64,000 bases of DNA from a virus, in IMG/VR virus record IMGVR_UViG_3300037511_000246, positions 2,550-66,549 of that record. One strand, given 5' to 3'. Under the pieces are notes generated by a model that had not been told where the DNA came from, searched no databases, and worked only from the letters and a program-made list of their open reading frames with translations. This document shows positions 35,128 through 44,657 of this stretch, piece by piece (the first letter of the stretch is position 1; every line of letters begins with the position of its first letter). Made by a program: the position numbers and the translations under genes.

Positions 35128-36516
35128 TCAGTACTTCAGGAAGCCGTACTTCGCCAGGAACGGTACGAACTTCTTGACATCCTTGGCCGAGATGTCCTCG
35201 TCCGCGGCCTTCTTGACCAGCGCCTTCAGCGTGATCGTCTTGGCAGCACGCACCAGTTCCAGCAGCTTGGTCTTGCTGCCCTTCTTCGGACGCTTCTTCA
35301 CGAAGCTGATCTTGGTGCTGTCTTCCAGCTTGCCCAGCTTCTCCTTCTTCGCCGGCTTGTCCTTGACCTTCTTGTCGGCCTTCTTGGCCTTGCCCTTTTT
35401 GCCTTTCTTCACTTCGTCATCCTCCTCATCGTCGGTGTCTTCATCTTCGTCATCTTCGTCATCTTCGTCATCGCCCTTGGCTTTCTTGGCCTTGCCCTTC
35501 TTGCCCTTGGCGAAACCCTTGGACTTGGACTTCTTGCCTTTCGGCTTCTCGTCCTCGTCGTCCTCGTCGTCCTCGTCGTCCTCGTCATCCTCCGAGTCTT
35601 CATCGTCCTCGTCGTCTTCCGAGTCCTCGTCGTCGTCCTCGTCATCCTCGTCGTCATCCTTGGCCTTGGACTTCTTGCCGGACTTGGCCTTGGGCTTGGA
35701 CTTCTTGCCTTTCGGCTTCTCGTCCTCTTCATCGTCCTCCGAGTCTTCGTCCTCGTCGTCATCCTCGGAGTCTTCGCCCTCATCGTCCTCGTCATCGGAC
35801 TCGTCGTCCTCATCCTCATCCTTGTCGCCGGCAGCCTCTGCCGCAAGTGCGAGACGCTTCTCTTCCAGGTCTTCATCGGTCATGAACCGCATTTTCTTGT
35901 CCTCCTTAGATGGACGCTTGCGTGATTCGACGGGCCAATCATCAAGCACAGTGCGGTCCGTCAGCCGCAAGGTGCCCTTCTTCTCGACGGCCTTCAATGC
36001 CAGAAGCATCACGTGCCGTGCGAAATGGAAAGCTTCGGTCCATGACTTTGACGACAGCCCTAGCGGGCCTTCATCAGCTGTCAGACCTTTGTATGCCAGC
36101 GCTCCGAGTTCGTTCCATGAGCAGGTGCTCAGTATGGATACGATCTCGAACATGAACTGAGGCTCTGCCTGCTGCTTTGGCAGATACTCGCGATACTGTG
36201 GCGGCTTCTTTTCCTTGAGCTTACACAGATCGACGAAGGCATCGAATAGATTGTTCGTGAAGACATGCACCTGCTCTTCCTTGAAGAGTGCCTGCCGCAG
36301 GTCTTCACCGCGCAGACTGGTCGCCAGCTTGCGCCGCGACTTCTTGCTGGCCTTGGCTTCGTCGCGCATGCGCTTAGACCGCTTGCCTGCCCTGCGGTAC
36401 TTCTTGAGGTCCTCGTCAGTCGACGGCACAAACCCACTCTTATCCTTCTTTGGCGGGTCTGGATCGAACGGAGGATCCTCCGACTTCTTCTTACGCCGCT
36501 TTTTTCCGAAAGCCAT
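35128..36516 (-). CDS. large protein with ~200-aa N-terminal domain and ~230-aa tail of alternating poly-Asp/Glu and poly-Lys blocks
   Basis: 462 aa. RBS 'ggagaag'. Blocks such as 'DDEDDEDDDEDSEDDEDDEDSEDD' alternate with 'KPKGKKSKSKGFAKGKKGKAKKAKG'. Confidence 0.6.
   Translation of the reverse strand: MAFGKKRRKKKSEDPPFDPDPPKKDKSGFVPSTDEDLKKYRRAGKRSKRMRDEAKASKKSRRKLATSLRGEDLRQALFKEEQVHVFTNNLFDAFVDLCKLKEKKPPQYREYLPKQQAEPQFMFEIVSILSTCSWNELGALAYKGLTADEGPLGLSSKSWTEAFHFARHVMLLALKAVEKKGTLRLTDRTVLDDWPVESRKRPSKEDKKMRFMTDEDLEEKRLALAAEAAGDKDEDEDDESDDEDDEGEDSEDDDEDEDSEDDEEDEKPKGKKSKPKAKSGKKSKAKDDDEDDEDDDEDSEDDEDDEDSEDDEDDEDDEDDEDEKPKGKKSKSKGFAKGKKGKAKKAKGDDEDDEDDEDEDTDDEEDDEVKKGKKGKAKKADKKVKDKPAKKEKLGKLEDSTKISFVKKRPKKGSKTKLLELVRAAKTITLKALVKKAADEDISAKDVKKFVPFLAKYGFLKY
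35400..35830. repeat. GAN/GAY trinucleotide-like coding repeat (acidic tract)
   Basis: tcgtcctcgtcgtcctcgtcatcctc... Produces spurious mirror ORFs on the plus strand. Confidence 0.6.
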
Positions 36517-37987
36517 ATTGCTTCTCCATTGCTTTGAGGATGCTCTGTTGTGTCTTGTCTTTGCTGCGAATGGCGAATCTCATCGTCTCATCCACAGTGT
36601 TGCGCACCAGAATACGATACAGCAGCACGCGTCGGCGCTGGCCCTGTCGCCACACTCTCTGATAGAACTGCTCGTAGTTCTCAAGGTTCCATGTCATCGC
36701 ATAGTAGATAACGATGCCGCCCTTGCCTTGCAGGTTCAGTCCGTGTGCGATGGACTCTGGGTTGCCGAACACCACTGGATGCTCGCCACGTTCCCACTCG
36801 TCGATGATCTTATTGACTACACTGTCCTTTGTGCCACCGTCGATCAGCGGTGCGTTGATGAAGTTGTTGGGCGCGTCATGCTTCTTGAAGTAGTTCTGTA
36901 TGCGCTTGTAGTCGTGCTTGAACTCCACCGCTACCAGCGCAGGCTCACCATTCAGCTCTTCGAGCAAGTCCAGCAGGTTCTCTTCCTTCTCGTTGTGGAT
37001 GGTCAAGAACTTTCTGTTCTTCTTGTTGCGAACCTTCTCTTTGTCAACCTTCTCATTCGACAGGTAACGGCCACGCTCGTCAATGAAGATGCCACCATTG
37101 GCAATCTGTCGCAGCTTACCACTGGCGACCGCAGCGTTGGCCGCGACGATCTCATTGCTCTGCCAGTTGACGATGAACTCCTTCTCGAGTTCGTCGTACA
37201 TGGCGCGAGCCTTCTTCGGCAGCTCAACCCATCTGTTGATGACCTTGAGTGGTGGCAGGTCTAATTGATCGTGCCCGTAGCGTATGATCAGTGGTGCTAT
37301 GGCCTTGAAGATTCGCTTCTCAGCACCGTCTTGTGGAACCCACTCATAGCCCTTGTACCCTGCGGGCATGAAGAACCGATTGCGGTACTGTGTGATGAAC
37401 TTGCCGAGCGACGCGCCAAGATCCAGGATGTACACCTGACTGAACAGGTTCATCAGACCACGGGGCGCAGGTGATCCAGTGCCAATGTACCGACGTATGA
37501 ACAGCGGCAGTATCTTCTTCAGAGCGCGGAAACGCTTGGTGACAGAGTTGCGCAGCCTTGACGATTCGTCGATCGCCAGCATGATCTTGCCCTTGCTCTT
37601 CAGCAGTCGCTTCTGCTTGGCAAGCCACGGCAGTCCTTCGAAGTTCATCAGATACAGTTCGGCGTCCTCTTCGAGCGCCGCTTTCCGGTTACCATGTACT
37701 ATGCTGATACGGATGTCTTCGAGACCCTTCCATTTCTTGACTTCTCGAGGCCAGACGTTCTGTACGATCTTCTTTTTCGATATGACGAACAGGCAGTCTA
37801 CAAGACCAGCGGCCCGCAAGATCTTGAAGATCCATAGCCAGATAACGGTCTTGCCTAGACCCGGTGCCAAGAATAAGCCAGCCTCTGGTCTAGTGACTCC
37901 GAACTCGATTGCTGTCTTTTGGTAGGGCTTTGGTTTGAATAATTTTCTCGCAGATTGCAATCGCTTTCTTCGCCGTGTAGACCACAT
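36491..37987 (-). CDS. SNF2-family (DEAD/DEAH-like) helicase
   Basis: 'LAPGLGKT' Walker A, 'LAIDESSRLRN' DExx box, helicase C 'HGLNLQ...QRVWRQGQ'. Start taken at 'MWSTRRRKRL'; the track ORF extends to 38149. Confidence 0.7.
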   Translation of the reverse strand: MWSTRRRKRLQSARKLFKPKPYQKTAIEFGVTRPEAGLFLAPGLGKTVIWLWIFKILRAAGLVDCLFVISKKKIVQNVWPREVKKWKGLEDIRISIVHGNRKAALEEDAELYLMNFEGLPWLAKQKRLLKSKGKIMLAIDESSRLRNSVTKRFRALKKILPLFIRRYIGTGSPAPRGLMNLFSQVYILDLGASLGKFITQYRNRFFMPAGYKGYEWVPQDGAEKRIFKAIAPLIIRYGHDQLDLPPLKVINRWVELPKKARAMYDELEKEFIVNWQSNEIVAANAAVASGKLRQIANGGIFIDERGRYLSNEKVDKEKVRNKKNRKFLTIHNEKEENLLDLLEELNGEPALVAVEFKHDYKRIQNYFKKHDAPNNFINAPLIDGGTKDSVVNKIIDEWERGEHPVVFGNPESIAHGLNLQGKGGIVIYYAMTWNLENYEQFYQRVWRQGQRRRVLLYRILVRNTVDETMRFAIRSKDKTQQSILKAMEKQYGFRKKAA

Positions 37988-38237
37988 AAGTTGGAATCCC
38001 CATTGCCTTGAAACGTCGGCGGTAATACTGTTGGATCTTCGTAGGTTCCTTACCGTCGCGCTTGAACTCGAATGCGACTGGTATCGCAAACGGCTTCGAT
38101 GGCAACAGCACCAGCTTGTCGCTACGTCCCACCTTACCATAGCGCCCAAACATTGTCAACTTGATAACCTCCGCATCCCAGCGTCTCTCGGCTTCGTCCT
38201 TGAACTTGCGTTCTTCTACTGCCTCGTCCTTACTCAC
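37890..38237 (-). CDS. VRR-NUC domain nuclease
   Basis: 'GKVGRSDKLVLLP...AFEFKRDGKEPTKIQQYYRRRFKAMGIPTYVV' has VRR-NUC character. Typical partner of phage SNF2 helicases. Confidence 0.55.
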   Translation of the reverse strand: MSKDEAVEERKFKDEAERRWDAEVIKLTMFGRYGKVGRSDKLVLLPSKPFAIPVAFEFKRDGKEPTKIQQYYRRRFKAMGIPTYVVYTAKKAIAICEKIIQTKALPKDSNRVRSH

Positions 38238-38599
38238 AACCGTCTACCCTTTGGCTTGCGTGTCGTGCCATCAACATAGCGATGGTACGGCACAGCCCTA
38301 TCCTTCGGCGGCTCTATCATTGTTCTCATGCGCTTGATAACTGGCGGTGCCTCATATCTGATGGGACAGTACGGACCACACTTCTGAAGCACCCCGTCAA
38401 CAAAGATGTTGTTCAGCACGATCGGCGTATGGCCCTTCAGCTTCATCTTACTGATGGGTACGACCTTCGACGTACCCTTGCCAGCCACCATGCAACTAGT
38501 GTAGATCATTGGATGAGCTTCAGCGTCGGTACTTCTTTGGCCGGCACACAAACAGCGGCAGCTACCTTGTAATAACCACGCGTCATCTTCTCTTCCCAC
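38234..38599 (-). CDS. hypothetical protein (start uncertain)
   Basis: ORF only; no RBS found at the candidate ATGs. Confidence 0.25.
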   Translation of the reverse strand: MGREDDAWLLQGSCRCLCAGQRSTDAEAHPMIYTSCMVAGKGTSKVVPISKMKLKGHTPIVLNNIFVDGVLQKCGPYCPIRYEAPPVIKRMRTMIEPPKDRAVPYHRYVDGTTRKPKGRRL

Positions 38600-38724
38600 T
38601 GTTTGGCAGCACGCTCACAGTCAGCCTGAGACGTGATATTCGGAACCGTTGATACAATCGCTGGCGGTTCGGCGTTGATCACCAGCGTCAATATGAGAAT
38701 CCACATTGTTGATCTCCCATTCAT
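38506..38724 (-). CDS. small secreted protein
   Basis: N-terminal 'MWILILTLVINA' signal-like segment. Confidence 0.3.
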   Translation of the reverse strand: MNGRSTMWILILTLVINAEPPAIVSTVPNITSQADCERAAKQWEEKMTRGYYKVAAAVCVPAKEVPTLKLIQ

Positions 38725-38821
38725 GGTTTGGACATTTGATTACATGTATGCCTTCAACGTAGCCACAGCCGCAAGGCTTGCTGTCGTGCATGACTACGTC
38801 TAGAAGAACTAGAGTCATGGG

Positions 38822-39514
38822 TCACTCCATGAAGTCTTCGCATGGACCACCCTTGTCTGCACGCAGAAAGCAGAACCTGCAATTGTCACGAGACGGTGAC
38901 TTCGGCCACTTCTTGCGCGGACTGAGAATCTCTCTGCCACGTTCGGTCCACATCTTCTTGGCGTACTTGAGATATGTCAGATCAAATGTGTGCTGCATGA
39001 CATACCCTTGATCGCCATACCAGAACTCTGCCTGCACAGCATCGGCCTTTGGAAACAGCTCCAGCCCGATACACCCGTACAGCTCGCCTTGCTCGAGATG
39101 GCTTGGATACTCCCTGCCAGTCTTGTAGTCCTGGATGAAGAGCATGTTGTCCGTGACGCGCGATGGCCCTACAGCAGCATCCATCTTCATCACGACCCAT
39201 GATTGCCACTTGACAGGCTTCCACTTCTCATCGACTCCCCAGAACTGCTCGACGATTGGGTTGGCACGTTTGAGCTCTGCGTACTCCTTCTTCAGCAGGT
39301 TGAACGAGTCTGGCAGTTGCTTGATGTTGCCCTTGAGATACTGCTCTGCGATCTTGTGCTGCGCAATGCCGCGCTCCATCTGCGGGCCGGGCTCTTCCTT
39401 CATGCCAAGGATGCGGATGTGGTAATACTTGAACATGCACTTGAACATGCCCCAAGCGGAGTAGGACCATCCAGTCGGGAACTTCTCGACCTTCGGAATC
39501 TTCAGTCTCTTCAT
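38822..39514 (-). CDS. PD-(D/E)xK nuclease, RecB/Cas4-like with C-terminal Fe-S cysteines
   Basis: 'IQDYKTG' (RecB motif III) and C-terminal 'CRFCFLRADKGGPC' with an N-terminal Cys. Confidence 0.65.
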   Translation of the reverse strand: MKRLKIPKVEKFPTGWSYSAWGMFKCMFKYYHIRILGMKEEPGPQMERGIAQHKIAEQYLKGNIKQLPDSFNLLKKEYAELKRANPIVEQFWGVDEKWKPVKWQSWVVMKMDAAVGPSRVTDNMLFIQDYKTGREYPSHLEQGELYGCIGLELFPKADAVQAEFWYGDQGYVMQHTFDLTYLKYAKKMWTERGREILSPRKKWPKSPSRDNCRFCFLRADKGGPCEDFME

Positions 39515-39873
39515 GCTATGCGCACCATTGATATATCGATGTGAGTTGGGCCTCTTGGCATATAGGCATTCGAGTTACCTATGGACGTTAGATGCTCATA
39601 CTCTATGCGATTCTGCATCGCAGTGAGAATGTACGTGCCAAAGATAACGCCGTCTTGCATGAGAAGAACCTCAGTGTTACCAAAGTAGGCATCATTGAGA
39701 TCAATAATATTGATGCGCCGTGCCTGCGGCATCTTGCCGTATACAATCACGCGCTCCCCGGGCTTCGGTTCCGGCGCTGGCAATGCCAGCTCTGCGGCGA
39801 GCGCCGACGGGAGTACTACTCCAGCCGGCACTGCCACGGCACCGATAAGAAATCCGCGCCGTGAGACGTTCAT
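39511..39873 (-). CDS. Tat-signal secreted protein
   Basis: 'MNVSRRGFLIGAVAVPAGVVLPSALAA' is a twin-arginine signal peptide. Confidence 0.45.
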   Translation of the reverse strand: MNVSRRGFLIGAVAVPAGVVLPSALAAELALPAPEPKPGERVIVYGKMPQARRINIIDLNDAYFGNTEVLLMQDGVIFGTYILTAMQNRIEYEHLTSIGNSNAYMPRGPTHIDISMVRIA

Positions 39874-40169
39874 CGCTGGAAGCTGCCGTCTTCACGATCT
39901 GGGCCACCAGTCGTGCGACGCCGCGCTTCTGGTGTGATCGCCGGTGCTGGCGTCGGATGCAGGATCACCGGAGTGAGAACTCCCTTCGTCACCACTTCGA
40001 CTTGACCGATGTCGTAGTGCTGCGTCTCCTGCGGCTTGCCGTCCTTCAGCTCCTGCGGTTGCAGTCCGACACGAATGCAACCATTGAGCCACGTTGACAT
40101 CACTGTCACGACACCAGAGAATCCTGTGATCTTGCACTTGCCGAGATCACCGAGTTGAACCATTTCCAT
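39870..40169 (-). CDS. hypothetical protein
   Basis: ORF coupled to its neighbours. 99 aa. Confidence 0.3.
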   Translation of the reverse strand: MEMVQLGDLGKCKITGFSGVVTVMSTWLNGCIRVGLQPQELKDGKPQETQHYDIGQVEVVTKGVLTPVILHPTPAPAITPEARRRTTGGPDREDGSFQR

Positions 40170-40180
40170 TTGACTTCTCC

Positions 40181-41101
40181 TTACTTACGTTCTTGTGGCA
40201 GATCAACCATCACGCCGTTTGGCAGCATCGGCAGATAGGTTGACACTTGCACGCCATTCCAACGTTCGGCGCGCGTGAGCTCGATCTTCAGCTGGCGAAG
40301 CTTGACTTCGGTTTCCATGCTCTGATTGATCAGCTTGTTGTAGTCCGTCTCACCCTGACCTTCAGCACGGCGCGCATCAGCGCGCAGTATCGCTGCCTGC
40401 TTCTCGCCTTCTGCCTGCGCGATCAATGCTCTGGCACCGGCTTCAGCCTTGATGGACTGTGCTCGCGATTCTTGCTCGATACGATCAGCTTCAGCTTTGG
40501 CCTGCGCAACACGCTGTTGAGTGTTCATCGTGCTCTTGATCTGAGCATCGAAGTCATCTGACCAATCCCAATTCGTAAGACTGATCTGCGTGATCTTCAC
40601 AGGATACAGCTTGGCTTGTTCCGAAGCCGTTGTTCTTGCATCGAGAGCGATCTTGCCGGCACTGCCAGCCAGTTCAAAGATCGTATACTTTCCGATCTCA
40701 GCTTTGATGGCGCTGTAGATAGTGTCATTGACAATACCTTCGAGCTTGCTGCGATTGGTGTACACCTTCACCAGTTCCATGACACGAGACGTATCGTATG
40801 CCCATGTGACTGTGGCACTGACGCCGATCGACTGATTGTCTTTCGATATCGCGCCATCAGACTTCTCAGTGATCACCACTTGCTGCTTGAACGGATCAGC
40901 GCTGACAGTTTCGAAGTGTGAGAACAGCGGTATCTTCATCTGCACGCCGGGACCATACGTCTGATCAGACGCTGTTCCCATCGTCACCTTCACTGCGCGT
41001 TCAGATGGCGATATCACTTCGAAGGAACCGAATATGATGATAAGCAGTATGAGCGCTGCGACACCACCAACGGCCAGTTTGAAAGTCTTCAACGGATTCA
41101 T
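40181..41101 (-). CDS. SPFH/band-7 (prohibitin/HflKC-like) membrane protein
   Basis: N-terminal TM, SPFH core and a C-terminal Ala/Glu coiled coil ('AQAKAEADRIEQESRAQ'). Confidence 0.65.
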   Translation of the reverse strand: MNPLKTFKLAVGGVAALILLIIIFGSFEVISPSERAVKVTMGTASDQTYGPGVQMKIPLFSHFETVSADPFKQQVVITEKSDGAISKDNQSIGVSATVTWAYDTSRVMELVKVYTNRSKLEGIVNDTIYSAIKAEIGKYTIFELAGSAGKIALDARTTASEQAKLYPVKITQISLTNWDWSDDFDAQIKSTMNTQQRVAQAKAEADRIEQESRAQSIKAEAGARALIAQAEGEKQAAILRADARRAEGQGETDYNKLINQSMETEVKLRQLKIELTRAERWNGVQVSTYLPMLPNGVMVDLPQERK

Positions 41102-41137
41102 GTCTAACTCCTCACTCTTGTTGATTGAACTACGAAC

Positions 41138-41791
41138 TCAATAATAGACATGCCGCAGAATGCTGCTGGCATGCCTCGCCTGATGCACTGCGTCTGCCAG
41201 TGCATTGTGCTTCTCTCCCTCAAAGTTTTCAGGGCGGATGTTCTTGAAGATGTTCTTCAGCGTTCGATAGCAGCGAGTGTTGTACCACTGCCACGGCTGC
41301 TCGATCTTGCAGCGCTTGTACGCATTGGACAATATGACTGGGTCAAAGTCACCACCATTACCCCACAGCCACACTTCCACATCGCTGCGGTCGCCCTTGA
41401 GAGAGTATACTTTCATCTCTTCAGCGACCCAGTGATGGAAGTTGTGCAGCGTCACTTCCAGATTGATGTGCTTGTCATTCTTGAGAGCATTGCGCGCTTC
41501 GAGCGTCTGGTTCTCCCACCACTTGACGGTTTCCGGATCTACGTCGCTGCCGGGCTGATCAGGGCCGTCACATGACTCATAGAACTGCGAGCCGACGCCA
41601 TTGACGTCGAAGAAGCATGCGCCGATCGAACGTATGTAGGCATTCGGCGCCAGTGAACACGTCTCGAGGTCTACCATCAGATGCAGTCGCGTCTTCTGCT
41701 TTTCCGGTGGCGCTCCAATACCGCGTCGCCACAGAAAGTAGACCACCAGCACTATGATCACAGCTATTGTCATGTAGACCTGAAAACGCAT
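41138..41791 (-). CDS. DEDDh 3'-5' exonuclease with N-terminal TM helix
   Basis: 'LMVDLETCSL' (Exo I DxE) and 'HNALADAVHQARH' (Exo III). Confidence 0.6.
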   Translation of the reverse strand: MRFQVYMTIAVIIVLVVYFLWRRGIGAPPEKQKTRLHLMVDLETCSLAPNAYIRSIGACFFDVNGVGSQFYESCDGPDQPGSDVDPETVKWWENQTLEARNALKNDKHINLEVTLHNFHHWVAEEMKVYSLKGDRSDVEVWLWGNGGDFDPVILSNAYKRCKIEQPWQWYNTRCYRTLKNIFKNIRPENFEGEKHNALADAVHQARHASSILRHVYY

Positions 41792-41792
41792 G

Positions 41793-42050
41793 TCACTTCT
41801 CCCTCTTCTTGATTGGACACCACTCTGGTGTCGCGGTTAGTCCTGATCCAAATCCAATGTATCTTGGCATCGTACGATTGACGGCTTCAATGTGCCGTTC
41901 AACTGATGGATGCTTGCAGTACCAGTTGTCCGTCGTGCCACCGGGCCGTGCTCTGATTGATCGTGAGCGCATCGTGGTCTGCAGATGTATGCAGCCATTG
42001 CAAACTTCATTCCGCACCGTCACGACTCTAAGGGTCGGGCCTTCTTTCAT
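41793..42050 (-). CDS. hypothetical Cys/His-containing small protein
   Basis: RBS 'aggagg'. 85 aa. Confidence 0.35.
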   Translation of the reverse strand: MKEGPTLRVVTVRNEVCNGCIHLQTTMRSRSIRARPGGTTDNWYCKHPSVERHIEAVNRTMPRYIGFGSGLTATPEWCPIKKREK

Positions 42051-42349
42051 GGCTTCTTGAACCTCCTGACGACTTCTATTACCTTGCGCACATCGACTTC
42101 TATTGCACCGGCTTCTACGGCCAGTTTGCGCTTTGCCTTGCAGATATCGTAGTGCGGATAGCGTGCCTTGCTTTGGAACCACTTGCGGTTGACACCTATG
42201 GTATCAGCCATCGCATGCAGCTCTTCCAGTGTGTCGGCTACCATGTGGCACATGTGCATGCGACCGAACCTGTAGATCGGCTCGTCGACGTAGACGCTCA
42301 CTTCTTGGGTGCCTCGTACATCGAGCCGCTGGATTGGCAATGTATCCAA
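42047..42349 (-). CDS. DUF4031-family protein
   Basis: 'VYVDEP...CHMVADTLEELHAMADTIGVNRKWFQ...PHYDICKAKRKLAVEAGA' matches DUF4031. Confidence 0.55.
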   Translation of the reverse strand: MDTLPIQRLDVRGTQEVSVYVDEPIYRFGRMHMCHMVADTLEELHAMADTIGVNRKWFQSKARYPHYDICKAKRKLAVEAGAIEVDVRKVIEVVRRFKKP

Positions 42350-42753
42350 TTCTTGTAGCCATCACGGAAGCTGTGATTGGCGAGTGTGCCATCTGGCTTG
42401 ACGCCAGCACGGCTTCTGCACTTTGGGCACAAGACCACAGACATCTTGCTCGGCGTGACCACAAGCTTTCCGGCTTCCAAGTTGACCGTCGACTTGACGC
42501 CATGCTTGCGCTCCATAAGAGCGATGTAGTTGAACAGGTGCGTTATCGGCATGTCCTTGTCCAACGGATATTCAACTGGTGCGTACTTCTTCACGATCTT
42601 TGGTATCTTCAATGGCGGGTCTTGGCATAGATGCACCACTCCCTTGTCATCTACCAGACGTCGCGCCTTCACATTGTCAGCGAGCAATACGTTTGCCCAC
42701 GTCAACCCAGTCTTGACGCTGCAATACTTGCATCCCTCTGTCTTCGCTTTCAT
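42298..42753 (-). CDS. zinc-finger protein (multiple CxxC pairs)
   Basis: Strong RBS 'aaggagg'. 'CKYC...C', 'CPKC...HC'. Confidence 0.4.
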   Translation of the reverse strand: MKAKTEGCKYCSVKTGLTWANVLLADNVKARRLVDDKGVVHLCQDPPLKIPKIVKKYAPVEYPLDKDMPITHLFNYIALMERKHGVKSTVNLEAGKLVVTPSKMSVVLCPKCRSRAGVKPDGTLANHSFRDGYKNWIHCQSSGSMYEAPKK

Positions 42754-44657
42754 GCTGCCTCCTTGAACTCTGAATAGTCTACAGCACGCGCCCATGATCT
42801 GGTTGCATACTTGGCTTCCGCCATCATCGGCACGTTGAACTCCATGTCGCACATGGCTTCGATGATGCGCTTGCCATAGATATTGACCTTGCGCACTCGT
42901 GGCACCATGCAGACGAGTTCGTCATGCACCTGCACTGCGATGCGCGCTTCTGGCACGCGCTCCTTCACTTGGATCATACCTTGCTTGGTGACGTCTGCGG
43001 CAGATGGTTGGATCTGGTAGTTCAACATCTTGTAGTCGAACGACATCCAGCGACCATACTTCTTGACGAACTTCGGCTCTTCACAGAAGTACTCACGGCC
43101 ACCCCATGTGCGCAGAGGTTCATCACGACGAGCCAGACGCTTGAGCTGCTTCATCAGCTTACTGATCCCAGGTACTGCCTCGAGAATGCCATCGCGCACT
43201 TGCTTGGCAGTGTCCTTGTCCGCATCCATCTGCACAGCCAGCTTGTCCACGCCCATGCCGTAGATGATACCGAACACTGTGGTCTTGATGGCCTTGCGAG
43301 GAAACTCGATGCCTGTGATATCCTTCACAAGCTGCTGGCAGAACGTATGTACGTCCAGCATCGGGTTCTCAATGTAGGCGCGCATGAGAACGTCTTTCTC
43401 GAAATGCGCCAGCAGCCGCAGCTCTTGCTGATTGTAGTCGACGCAGATCATCACACAGTTGTCGTCTGGTATTATATAGTCGCGCAGACCTATGAACGGG
43501 TAGTCGTACTCGTCCTTGAGAAGCTTCTGCATCAGCAGCAGAACATCTTTGTTCTTCGACTCTTCGACATTAGCGCTGATGTTCTGCATGTTCGGATCGC
43601 TGCTGCTATAGCGACCAGAGCGTGCGCCACCGCCACCTTCGTCATAGCCGCGCACCTGATTGAACTTAGGCAACAGTCTGTCACCAGTGAGAATGCACTG
43701 GTCCATCCACGGATGCATGAACGACGAGATAGTCTTGTTGGCAACAGAGTGGATAGCCAGCAGGTTCAGCAGCTCTTTGTCGTTGCAGCCTTCTTGCAGC
43801 AGTGCGATCTTCGTGCTGACCTTGCCAGTAGGCGTGCGGCTGATCTTGTCAAGCTTGTGCGCTTTGATCATCGCATCGGCAAGCTGTACACCTGAGTTGA
43901 GGTTGAAGCCCTTCGGGTTCTCAGGTGACTTCATGTTCTTCGGATCGAGACGCAGCTTCTTGGCTATGCGCCGCAGTACGTCACGATCCATCTGCTCGAA
44001 GACTGCAGTGCCCTTCTTCAGACGTTTGACGTCGATGCGAACACCACTGCGCTCCATCTCGAGCGTGATGGGCACGCACTTGAGCTCTCGCTCGTACGCT
44101 TCTCGCATGCCTCGCCTGTCGACTTCCGGCATCATCTTCTTGTCGAGGCGATAGGTGCGACTCACGTCACCGATGGCATACTTGCCAACTAGACCACCGG
44201 GAGCCTGATCAATGTACTCGCCCCATGACGACGGCTTCTTGCGCGCCGCAGGTATATGGTCGATGATCCATTCACGCAATCTGTCCTGCTCATCTGGAGC
44301 CATGTCTAGATGGTCAGCAGCCAGACCCTTCAAGTCCAGCTCTTGTGCGTGTGGGTCCAGCAAGAATGCTTGGAACAGCGTATCGTCGAAACGCTTGGGC
44401 GGTTTGATGTTGAGATGGCACTCGCCAACGTCCATGTCAAATGCGCCGTGATGAAAGAGTACGCGGTCAGCTTTGTAGGCATCCTTGATCTTGGAGCGTG
44501 CTGTACCTATGTCGGTATTGTTGCCTTCAGGGTGGCCCCATGCGAGATACTCTTTCTCGCCGTTCGGCCATCGAATGGCGGCACCGACTGGCTTCGGTGG
44601 ATACTGCGGCCGGCTTCTTATAGCGCCGGTTTCAAAGTCGACCGTTGACGTTTCCAC
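42750..44657 (-). CDS. family A DNA polymerase with 3'-5' exonuclease domain
   Basis: 'VDFETGA' Exo I, motif A 'DYNQQELRLLAH', motif B 'RKAIKTTVFGIIYGMG', motif C 'VHDELV'. Confidence 0.85.
   Translation of the reverse strand: METSTVDFETGAIRSRPQYPPKPVGAAIRWPNGEKEYLAWGHPEGNNTDIGTARSKIKDAYKADRVLFHHGAFDMDVGECHLNIKPPKRFDDTLFQAFLLDPHAQELDLKGLAADHLDMAPDEQDRLREWIIDHIPAARKKPSSWGEYIDQAPGGLVGKYAIGDVSRTYRLDKKMMPEVDRRGMREAYERELKCVPITLEMERSGVRIDVKRLKKGTAVFEQMDRDVLRRIAKKLRLDPKNMKSPENPKGFNLNSGVQLADAMIKAHKLDKISRTPTGKVSTKIALLQEGCNDKELLNLLAIHSVANKTISSFMHPWMDQCILTGDRLLPKFNQVRGYDEGGGGARSGRYSSSDPNMQNISANVEESKNKDVLLLMQKLLKDEYDYPFIGLRDYIIPDDNCVMICVDYNQQELRLLAHFEKDVLMRAYIENPMLDVHTFCQQLVKDITGIEFPRKAIKTTVFGIIYGMGVDKLAVQMDADKDTAKQVRDGILEAVPGISKLMKQLKRLARRDEPLRTWGGREYFCEEPKFVKKYGRWMSFDYKMLNYQIQPSAADVTKQGMIQVKERVPEARIAVQVHDELVCMVPRVRKVNIYGKRIIEAMCDMEFNVPMMAEAKYATRSWARAVDYSEFKEAA

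Noticed and set aside
35111-36160. Long plus-strand ORFs (Ser-rich, Leu/Val-rich) over the acidic repeat region, and likewise 46040..46736 (+)
   Set aside because: They are mirror frames of the GAN/GAY triplet repeat inside the minus-strand acidic-protein genes. They show low-complexity composition, have no RBS, and lie antisense to well-supported genes.
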